Notes under the pieces: model-generated | Databases searched by the model: none | Seen by the model: only the letters and a program-made list of their open reading frames with translations | What the model was told of the DNA's origin: nothing | DNA from: an uncultured virus (IMG/VR IMGVR_UViG_3300020037_010720) | Taxonomy: Duplodnaviria > Heunggongvirae > Uroviricota > Caudoviricetes | IMG/VR virus record: IMGVR_UViG_3300020037_010720 | DNA: 20,000 bases | Strand: one strand, 5' to 3' | Made by a program: the position numbers and the translations under genes | Shown: in pieces, positions 6,829 to 13,910 of the stretch | How positions within the stretch are numbered: position 1 is the first letter of the stretch | Layout: the number at the start of each line of letters is the position of its first letter

Positions 6829-8516
6829 CAGCCCCTCGCCACGCCGGTCAGGCAGTCTTCGCTCAGGACCTTGGGAGCGCTTCGCACGTCCATGTAACTA
6901 CGCCCGTTGAGCTCCCATGACCAGCCGCCCTCCTGGCCCGACGCGTCGTCCGGGTAGTCCCAGTGCCACTCGATCTTCACGACGCGGAAGAACCGCTGCA
7001 GCAGGGGGCTGTTGTCGGCGTTGGCCTGCTCGTACGCGATGGCGATGGGCCAGCCCTGCCGCGTGTACATGTCACCGCGCTGCTGGACGGACTGCTCGAG
7101 GAACACGGACAGGCTCGGCGCCATGTACAGGCGCGTCTCGGGTGGCGCCGCGCCCAGCTCGAACGGTTCGCCAGGGCGGAGCCAGAACATGTCCGCCATC
7201 TCGGTGTTCCAGGTCCCGTCGTCGTTCAGGGACGGCTTCGAGAACAACGCCGACATCGTGGTCTTGCTGCGGATCACGACCTCGGCCTCGCGCCTGGCCT
7301 GGTCTTCGAACAGCGAGATCGCCATGCCGGTGAGGGTCTCGACGGCCGACGGGCCCGACATCGGAGCGACGACGCGGACGTTGATCTCCTCGCGGTCGCC
7401 CTTGCCGTTGACGCTCACCCGGTTGATCAGGTTCTTCTTCGGGTAGCGCGCGAACCGGGTGCGCCTGATCGTCGGGTCGTAGGAGCGGACCTCGATCGTG
7501 GTCGGGATGTCATCACCCGTGTACCGCTTTGTCATCTCGCCGGAGTCGATGTTGTAGCCGATGATGAAGCGACGCACGGCGGACTGGCCGGCCTCCTGCG
7601 AGTCCTCGGCCGCATAGAACGTGCGCGGCGTGGTGATCACGAGTTCGGCGCCCGGGATGATGGTCTTCCCCGAGCCATCGACGAGCACGGGCTTGCGCCC
7701 GGCGCGTATGAAGCACCACAGACCAGCGGACTTGCACAGGTCCGTGATCGCGTCCCAGTACTTGATGTTCTTCTTCGAGCCCGCGGTCTGCTTCTTCTTC
7801 TTCTTCCCCTTGCTGTCGAAGGCGTCGGGCGGGTGGATGTCCGAGAGGCGGGGCAGGGCTGAGCCTGTTTCGTTGACGATGATCGTTCCGCGCGCGCCGG
7901 GGAGGCCGTATTGCCCCGTGCCGACCACGAGCCCCGGGATGCCGCGCCCGTAAAGAAGGTGCTGGATCACGTCGTCGATCCGCGCGGTCTTCGGGATCGC
8001 CTTGAGTGCATCCTCCGGCAACTCGGCGCCCGTGAAGATCGCGGTCAGGTCGACGGCCTGGAACTCGACGATATCGTTGTCCCCCCACTTGATCGTGTGG
8101 TCCTGCACGAAGCCGCGAAAAATCTCGTAGGTGTTCCCCGTAAATGGGTCCTCGTCGGCGCCGCAGGTCAGCGGCATGCCCGACCCGCCGAGCTGGGCCC
8201 TGAGCTTGATCTCCTCCTGCATGAGCACGCCGCCGAAGAGCTGGATCTGGACCTGCCGAAGCGCTCGCGGGTCACACGGCAAGACCGCCATCGGGATCTG
8301 GATCTTGCAGGTGTCGGCCTGCGTGTAGTTGTTGAGCGTGAGCTGGACGTTGAAGGGCACCACGTCCGGGCCGAGCCCCTTGAAGCCCGCGTCCTCGTCG
8401 AAGCTCTCGATGCCGCGGTTGCGCGCAGCCATGACCTCCTGCACCACGTACTTCGGCTTGTAGTCCTCGGGCCGGATGCCGAGCCGGACATGGCACGAGT
8501 GCTTCCAGTTCGTCAT
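6828..8516 (-). CDS. Baseplate hub protein (gp27/gpD-like) (562 aa)
   Basis: Lies between the LysM and spike genes. The patterns LNNYTQADTCKIQI, IFRGFVQDHTIKWGDNDIVEFQAVDLTAIF and YWDAITDLCKSAGLWCFI fit hub proteins. ATGA overlap at 8513-8516. Confidence 0.72.
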   Translation of the reverse strand: MTNWKHSCHVRLGIRPEDYKPKYVVQEVMAARNRGIESFDEDAGFKGLGPDVVPFNVQLTLNNYTQADTCKIQIPMAVLPCDPRALRQVQIQLFGGVLMQEEIKLRAQLGGSGMPLTCGADEDPFTGNTYEIFRGFVQDHTIKWGDNDIVEFQAVDLTAIFTGAELPEDALKAIPKTARIDDVIQHLLYGRGIPGLVVGTGQYGLPGARGTIIVNETGSALPRLSDIHPPDAFDSKGKKKKKQTAGSKKNIKYWDAITDLCKSAGLWCFIRAGRKPVLVDGSGKTIIPGAELVITTPRTFYAAEDSQEAGQSAVRRFIIGYNIDSGEMTKRYTGDDIPTTIEVRSYDPTIRRTRFARYPKKNLINRVSVNGKGDREEINVRVVAPMSGPSAVETLTGMAISLFEDQARREAEVVIRSKTTMSALFSKPSLNDDGTWNTEMADMFWLRPGEPFELGAAPPETRLYMAPSLSVFLEQSVQQRGDMYTRQGWPIAIAYEQANADNSPLLQRFFRVVKIEWHWDYPDDASGQEGGWSWELNGRSYMDVRSAPKVLSEDCLTGVARG

Positions 8517-9613
8517 GACTTCGCCTTGCTGGGCACGAGGACCATGGTGTTCTCGGGGATCATGGCGGAGGCGAAGCCGTTGTACTTGGCGATGAGCAGC
8601 CAGTCCTTGGCGCTGCCGTACACGCGCTTGGCCACGTCGCGCAGGGTCTCGCCCTGCACGGTCCTCACAATGTCTTGCAGGTCTGGCGTGTCGAGCTTCG
8701 CCAGCTCGCGCTCACGCTCGGCCATGGCGGCGGCGGCGGCGAGCACTTCCTTGCGCAGGACGAGCACGCCGTAGTTGGCCAGCGACTTGTCGCGCGCGTT
8801 CAAGGGCCCGGAGAAGTCGACGACTCCGCGCAGGGCTCGCAGCATGTCGTTGCACGCCAGCCTGATCTTGGTGAACCCGGCCCGCAGGTCGCCGAGGATC
8901 TTCGCGGGCGTGATGGCGTTGGCGATGACCTTGGTAAACTCGTTGATCACGTCGGTGATGGCCGACACGAGCATGTTGAAGGGGGCCAGGATGCTGTTCT
9001 TGTAGAAGTTGGCCGGCGCGTTCAGGAGCTGCAGGGCCTTGCGGATCGCCTCCAAGATCTTGAGCAGCAGCGCGAGCAGGCCGAGCGGCGAGAGCTTGGG
9101 CTTGGGCTTGATCACGGGCTTGATGTTCGTGTCGCCCGACCACTGAAACTCCATCTGCCAGGAGCAGCGCTCCATACGGTAAAACTGCGGGTCAAACTCC
9201 CACAGCACCCCGAACCGTGTGAAAGAGCCCCACTCGAAGCGCAGCGTCGAGCCGGTCCGCAGCATGATGCAGAACGCCTCGACGACCTCGACGACGTTGC
9301 GCGCGCGCCCGTTGCCCGCCGTGATGCCCCCCGGCCCGCGCGACCCGAGGTTCTTGAACTTGACCATGGTGGGGGCGTCGTTGGGCCCCATGTACTTGTC
9401 GTCCCACAGGCCGGCGAGGGTCATGGGCTTCCACGTCGCGCCGACGATCGAGATGTCGGCGACGGGCTGCCACGGCGGATAGTTCACGCGCCCACGCTGG
9501 AGCAGGCCGAGGCTGAGAGGCTCCTCGCTGGCCTGCGGCATACTCCGCCCCCGGAGCGTGATGCTGCGCTCCTCGCCGTCGGTCTCGGTGATGACGATTT
9601 CGTTGCCTGACAT
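8513..9613 (-). CDS. Tail tube initiator-like protein with C-terminal LysM domain (366 aa)
   Basis: C-terminal VRTVQGETLRDVAKRVYGSAKDWLLIAKYNGFASAMIPENTMVLVP is a clear LysM; follows the tape measure gene with a TAATG overlap at 9611-9615. Confidence 0.8.
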   Translation of the reverse strand: MSGNEIVITETDGEERSITLRGRSMPQASEEPLSLGLLQRGRVNYPPWQPVADISIVGATWKPMTLAGLWDDKYMGPNDAPTMVKFKNLGSRGPGGITAGNGRARNVVEVVEAFCIMLRTGSTLRFEWGSFTRFGVLWEFDPQFYRMERCSWQMEFQWSGDTNIKPVIKPKPKLSPLGLLALLLKILEAIRKALQLLNAPANFYKNSILAPFNMLVSAITDVINEFTKVIANAITPAKILGDLRAGFTKIRLACNDMLRALRGVVDFSGPLNARDKSLANYGVLVLRKEVLAAAAAMAERERELAKLDTPDLQDIVRTVQGETLRDVAKRVYGSAKDWLLIAKYNGFASAMIPENTMVLVPSKAKS

Positions 9614-11943
9614 TATGCCCTCCGCACCATGGCCAGTGCCGATTTCAGCGGAGCCGCGGCGCGCTGCTGGCTCGTCTTGTTGAAGCCAGCGACGATGGCA
9701 TTCGGGTCCGTATCACGCACGTGCCAGGTGTTGTGGTTCACCTGCTTGAAGTTGACCTTCGGCGGCTTTTTGTCAGCGCCGCCCGGCGGCGGCTTGGGCG
9801 GGCCCATCGGGTTCATCTTGTTGTACATGTACTCGCTCAGGCCATCCTGACGAGGGTCCGCTCGGGCCAAGTCGAATCGAAGCTGACCTGCGCGGATCGA
9901 CGCTGCAGCTTCCCGAGCACGCTCGCCGATGGTGGCTCCTTCGTCTGGCGCGAACTTGGACCGGAGTTGCTTGGCGTATTCACCATCGCCGCGGCCTTCA
10001 TTGATCTCCGTCATGAGCTGTTCGCGGGCGATCCGTTGTCCCGCGTTCTGCACGCTGCTGCCCGAGACGAGCCCCCAAAACGACGCGAGAGCATCGGTGA
10101 ACGTGCCGAAGCCTTCGATCACCGATGCCGTCATACCGAGCAGGCCGGAGAAAGCACCCGTCAGCGTCTCGACCATGGTCGTGCCAAAGCTTGCGGCCGT
10201 CGTGAACATATCGGCTGCATCGGAGCCGCCGATCATGTACTGGCCAAGCGCGACGAACTTGGCGAACAGGTCGTCGATCGATTGCAAGAACGGCTCGATC
10301 ACGTCCTGCGACGTCGAGGCCCAGGTCCAAAACTCCTCGGACAGCCGGTCGAAGTTGGAGATCAGGTATGCGACGGCGCCGCCGAGCAGGACGCCAGCGC
10401 CGGCGAAGACGATGCCCATGCCGAGCAGGAGCGGGGCCACGACGGTCGCCGCGAGGCCCATGGCGGCGATGCTCGTGGTGGCCTGTGCGATCGTGGAGAA
10501 GGCCCCCAGCACGCCGCCGCCGACGCCAGCGGCCACACCAGCGCCCGCGCGCACAGCCATCATGGTCGCGGCGAGCTTCGCCCCGGTGACGAGGTAGTGG
10601 CCGGCTTGCTGGGCCCGGAGCACGATCGTCTGCCAGTTGTTCGCCGTGTACGCGAAGATCTTTTCGCCCACGTCGAAGACCTTGTTGAGGCCCTTGCCCA
10701 TCTGGTCGCCGAGGTAGGACGCGAACTCGCGGGCCTTGCCGTAGGTCTTGCCGTCGCGGTCCAGGATGCCGCCATGGGTCATGGCCTTCGCGCGGGTTTT
10801 GATCGTGTCGAAGAGGCCCTTGCCCATCTCCTTGCGGAGCGTGATGAGCGAGCTCTTGGCCTGCGACGTGATGCCGTCGAAGCTCTGCTCGAAGTACGCC
10901 TTCACACTCGGACCGAGCGCCTCCAGGCCCTTCTCGAAGAGATGGAGTCGGCTCGCTGGGTCGAGCTTGTTGAAGGCCTCGGTGAGCTTCGCGCCGCCCT
11001 TCTGGTTCTGCTTGAACATCTTGAGCTCGATGCCCGCCTTGCGGATCGGCTCTTGGATGCGAAGCCAGGTTTTGAACTCGGAGCCGGCGCCGCCCTGCAA
11101 GATCTGGCCGGTCTGCGCGCCGACCATCTGGAAGTCCCCGATGGTGCCGGCGAGATAGGTGACCTTCTCGGTCAGGTCGGTGATCCGCTTCGCGTCCTGA
11201 GTGATGCCGGCCATGCCGGGGATGGCACCCTCGAAGAGATCGGTGACCTGACTGATGTCGCCGGGGGACGCGTCGGCGATGCGCTGCAACTCCTGCTGGT
11301 ACCACTTCGCGTTGTCGATGTTCTCCTGGAACATCGCGGTCTCGGAGCCGTCGCCTGTGCCCTTGTTGAACCCGTAGAGCTGCAGCGTGGTCGCGGTCGA
11401 GCCCACGAAGGTCTCTCCGGAGACCTGGTCCTTGAGGCCGTCCGCCGCGCCCTTGGAAAGACCGAGGGCCACCGCGCCAGCGAGGATGCCGGTGATGACC
11501 GCGCCGGCGCGCATCGCCCACGCGCCCGCGCTGCCGGTTCCGATGCCGCGGAAGAAGTCCCCGCCCGAACTCAGCGAGCCGCCCGCAGCCTTGCCCTGGC
11601 TCTTCACGGTCGTCCAGACCTCGGCGCGCGTCTTGGCCTGCGCGCGCGCGTCGCGGGCCTCCTGCCGACCCCGCATGATCGAGGCGCGCGAGCGGGCCCG
11701 GGCCGCCACGTCGGCGCGGCGCTCGGCCTTCTCGTGCTCGCGGTGGCGTTGCGCGAGCGAGCGCATCTGCTCGCGCTCGCTGGACCGGATGCGGCCGGCC
11801 TCGGCCTTGCGCATGCGCTGCTGGTCGCGCTCGGCCTGCGCGAGGCCCTGCCGCAGGCCCTTGGTCGAGCCGGCCAAGGCCTTCGCGTTGTCCCGCGAGA
11901 CCTTGAGGTCGACGTAAACTTCGTAGTGTGCCGCTGCGCTCAC
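9613..11943 (-). CDS. Tail tape measure protein (776 aa)
   Basis: Long Ala/Gly-rich helical protein with a charged coiled N-terminus and hydrophobic segments (e.g. IAAMGLAATVVAPLLLGMGIVFAGAGVLLGGAVAYLI); canonical position between chaperones and LysM/hub. Confidence 0.85.
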   Translation of the reverse strand: MSAAAHYEVYVDLKVSRDNAKALAGSTKGLRQGLAQAERDQQRMRKAEAGRIRSSEREQMRSLAQRHREHEKAERRADVAARARSRASIMRGRQEARDARAQAKTRAEVWTTVKSQGKAAGGSLSSGGDFFRGIGTGSAGAWAMRAGAVITGILAGAVALGLSKGAADGLKDQVSGETFVGSTATTLQLYGFNKGTGDGSETAMFQENIDNAKWYQQELQRIADASPGDISQVTDLFEGAIPGMAGITQDAKRITDLTEKVTYLAGTIGDFQMVGAQTGQILQGGAGSEFKTWLRIQEPIRKAGIELKMFKQNQKGGAKLTEAFNKLDPASRLHLFEKGLEALGPSVKAYFEQSFDGITSQAKSSLITLRKEMGKGLFDTIKTRAKAMTHGGILDRDGKTYGKAREFASYLGDQMGKGLNKVFDVGEKIFAYTANNWQTIVLRAQQAGHYLVTGAKLAATMMAVRAGAGVAAGVGGGVLGAFSTIAQATTSIAAMGLAATVVAPLLLGMGIVFAGAGVLLGGAVAYLISNFDRLSEEFWTWASTSQDVIEPFLQSIDDLFAKFVALGQYMIGGSDAADMFTTAASFGTTMVETLTGAFSGLLGMTASVIEGFGTFTDALASFWGLVSGSSVQNAGQRIAREQLMTEINEGRGDGEYAKQLRSKFAPDEGATIGERAREAAASIRAGQLRFDLARADPRQDGLSEYMYNKMNPMGPPKPPPGGADKKPPKVNFKQVNHNTWHVRDTDPNAIVAGFNKTSQQRAAAPLKSALAMVRRA

Positions 11944-11959
11944 GACCGGACCCTACCAC
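11941..11959 (-). promoter_or_regulatory. Putative extended -10 leaderless promoter (copy 2): GTGGTAGGGTCCGGTC-GTG
   Basis: Fills most of the 22-bp gap before the tape-measure GTG; 18/19 identical to 3809..3827. Confidence 0.65.
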
Positions 11960-11965
11960 GCCGGT

Positions 11966-12187
11966 TCAATCGCCCGGCACTTCCCACTCCTTCTCGAGGA
12001 TGCCCTGCATAACGCCGAGGCGGGCTCGAAATAGCGGCGCGGGCCACTGCTCGACGCGGTCCACGTCCTGGCGTGCATGTCTGCAGTACCACTGCACGTT
12101 CCACATGTTGGTGTGGAGCATGGTGCGGGCCGAGCGGTACGCGTAGAACGCGAGCCGCTCGGGGCCGCACTCGAGGAGCTCAGTCAA
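11966..12187 (-). CDS. Small tail-assembly chaperone partner (T-like ORF, 73 aa); may be expressed as a frameshift extension
   Basis: Lies between the chaperone and the tape measure and overlaps the chaperone 3' end by 8 nt; weak TTG start; helical-looking WNVQWYCRHARQDVDRVEQWP...LEKE sequence. Confidence 0.6.
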   Translation of the reverse strand: MTELLECGPERLAFYAYRSARTMLHTNMWNVQWYCRHARQDVDRVEQWPAPLFRARLGVMQGILEKEWEVPGD

Positions 12188-13118
12188 GTGCCTCGGAAGA
12201 GTCGAGAAATCGCGACAGCTCGACGCGGTCCACCTCGTGCAACTTGGCGTACACGCCAGTCACCAGCAGGCGGCCCCGCGGGCCGATGTCCTCGAGCCAG
12301 CACAGCTTGTACTCCATGTCCTCGGGGCTGTTGCCGAGGGAGCGACGCCCGATCTCGACGATGGAGAGCATGACCATGACGATGCGAACAGCGTGCATGT
12401 CGTCCGGGTCGTCCACCAGGTCGGAGGCGCCGTTCTCCTGCGCGACGGTCAGCTCGGTCATGACGAACGAGAGGTCGCGCTCGATGCGGTTCTCCGCGGC
12501 GAAGTCGACGACTCCGCCGCCGACGGTCCAGACCTGGTTATTATTGTCCCAGCGAGCGTCCAGCATGGTCCGCGCGGCCCAGCGCTTGGCCGGGATGCAG
12601 AGCTGCGGGACCGTGTAGCCGTGGCGCCGGGAGGCCCGGTCGGGCCGATACGAGGCCGTGAACATGTCGGACATGAGCTTGTTGGTGCCGGTCAAGCGGC
12701 TCACGAGCTCGTCGACGTACTTGGCGCCCTGCGGCCCGATGTCCCGGAGCCAGGAGTCGATGTCGTGATCCGACAGCGAGTCGTTCGCGCCGATCTTGCG
12801 GAGCGCGGACCGGATGAGCTGGAGCTCCAGCATGGCGGTGTCGAGCGTGTTGTCGCCGCGGCGCGCGAGACGGAAGCAGCGCGCCGTCTCGGCGATGGTC
12901 TGCTGGCGAACCTCGAAGGTCAGATGCTCGGGTGGGCACGCCTGCCCGTCGATGAAGTGCGGAGGCAGCGTCGCGCGGCGCCCGTCGCCGAGCTCGACCT
13001 TGAAGCGATGGTCCGAGGGCTCGAAGCGGGTCTCTCGCGGACCGACGGCCGGGTCGCGTTCGAGCTGTGCTTCGGTGCCGGGCATCGGCGGGAGTGAACC
13101 TGGCTGAAAGTCCTTCAT
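12180..13118 (-). CDS. Putative tail assembly chaperone with two tandem homologous domains (312 aa)
   Basis: Likely start ATG 13118 (MKDFQPGSLPP), since the longer ORF overlaps the + strand HTH gene. Position between tube and tape measure; internal repeat WLRDIGPQG / WLEDIGPRG. Confidence 0.65.
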   Translation of the reverse strand: MKDFQPGSLPPMPGTEAQLERDPAVGPRETRFEPSDHRFKVELGDGRRATLPPHFIDGQACPPEHLTFEVRQQTIAETARCFRLARRGDNTLDTAMLELQLIRSALRKIGANDSLSDHDIDSWLRDIGPQGAKYVDELVSRLTGTNKLMSDMFTASYRPDRASRRHGYTVPQLCIPAKRWAARTMLDARWDNNNQVWTVGGGVVDFAAENRIERDLSFVMTELTVAQENGASDLVDDPDDMHAVRIVMVMLSIVEIGRRSLGNSPEDMEYKLCWLEDIGPRGRLLVTGVYAKLHEVDRVELSRFLDSSEALD

Positions 13119-13168
13119 CCGCGCCACGGTGCCGCGACCCGCGACCCCGTGCAAGCCGCGAGTATTGG

Positions 13169-13447
13169 ATGTACGCCTGGCTCGTGCCAACGACACTGAC
13201 CGAGGAGGAGGCGCGCTGGATCGCCGAAGCGCACCGCCAGCACCTGAACGCGGCGCAGGCCGCAGCCAAGTACCCGCGATCCAGGTATTGGTTTCTGCGC
13301 CGCGGCATGAAGGGCAGCAGGGGCGGCCAGCCCAAGATCGACGGGGCCCGGGCCCGGGCCTTGCGTGAGGAGGGCCTGACCTGGGCCCAGGTCGCCGAGA
13401 AACTCGGGTGCAGCCCGCGTGGGGCCACACGGGCCGCCCACGGCTAG
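13169..13447 (+). CDS. Small HTH DNA-binding protein (92 aa), resolvase/invertase-type C-terminal HTH
   Basis: ATG at 13169: MYAWLVPTTLTEEEARW...RGGQPKIDGARARALREEGLTWAQVAEKLGCSPRGATRAAHG. It fills the gap between tube and chaperone, and its TAG overlaps the tube stop (CTAG 13444-13447). Confidence 0.75.
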   Translation: MYAWLVPTTLTEEEARWIAEAHRQHLNAAQAAAKYPRSRYWFLRRGMKGSRGGQPKIDGARARALREEGLTWAQVAEKLGCSPRGATRAAHG

Positions 13448-13893
13448 ATCTTCGGCAGGGTCGGCTGGTCCGAGCAGTACGCGTCGAGCGTGGCTTCGAC
13501 GAAGCTCTTGCGGTCCGCGATGGTGATCTTGTGGTCCCCGCAGTGCACGTCGCGGAACGTGTACGGCACGATCTGTCCGTTGGGCATCACGATGCTGGCG
13601 GCGATGTCGAGGCGCAGGAGCTGGCCCGGCGACATGTTGCGCGCGCGCCGGATGTCCTGGTCGATGAGCTTGAGCCACTGGGCCCCGCGCATGTGCCCCT
13701 TGAGCGCGAGCTGGCAGCCCTTGAAGACCGAGTCGAAGGCCGTCGTGGTCTCGCCGAGGTACTCGGCCTCGAGCACCTCCTTGCGGAGCGTGATGTCGAG
13801 GTCGAGGAAGGGGCCGAGCTTGTCCTCGACCTTGTCGTCGATGACGAGGAAGACGAAGATCTCTTGGCCCTTGAGTCGCTGCGGCGTTGCCAT
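13444..13893 (-). CDS. Tail tube protein (149 aa)
   Basis: Immediately downstream of the sheath; typical size and beta-rich pattern (RLKGQEIFVFLV...EAEYLGETT...YTFRDVHCGDHKITIADRKSFVEATLDAYC); Shine-Dalgarno AAAGGA 8 nt before the ATG. Confidence 0.8.
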   Translation of the reverse strand: MATPQRLKGQEIFVFLVIDDKVEDKLGPFLDLDITLRKEVLEAEYLGETTTAFDSVFKGCQLALKGHMRGAQWLKLIDQDIRRARNMSPGQLLRLDIAASIVMPNGQIVPYTFRDVHCGDHKITIADRKSFVEATLDAYCSDQPTLPKI

Positions 13894-13910
13894 GGCGTGT
13901 GTCCTTTAGG

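Noticed and set aside
7791..7806. (CTT)5 microsatellite in the hub gene
   Set aside because: Encodes an in-frame Lys run (KKKKK); a triplet repeat gives no phase variation.
9721..12012. 763-aa + strand ORF (and the 653-aa alternative-frame minus ORF 9998..11959)
   Set aside because: Antisense or alternative-frame shadows of the tape measure gene, expected in high-GC DNA; no recognisable motifs.
13119..13430. N-terminal extension of the chaperone ORF to 416 aa
   Set aside because: Overlaps the + strand HTH gene antisense and has low-complexity Arg/Pro composition.
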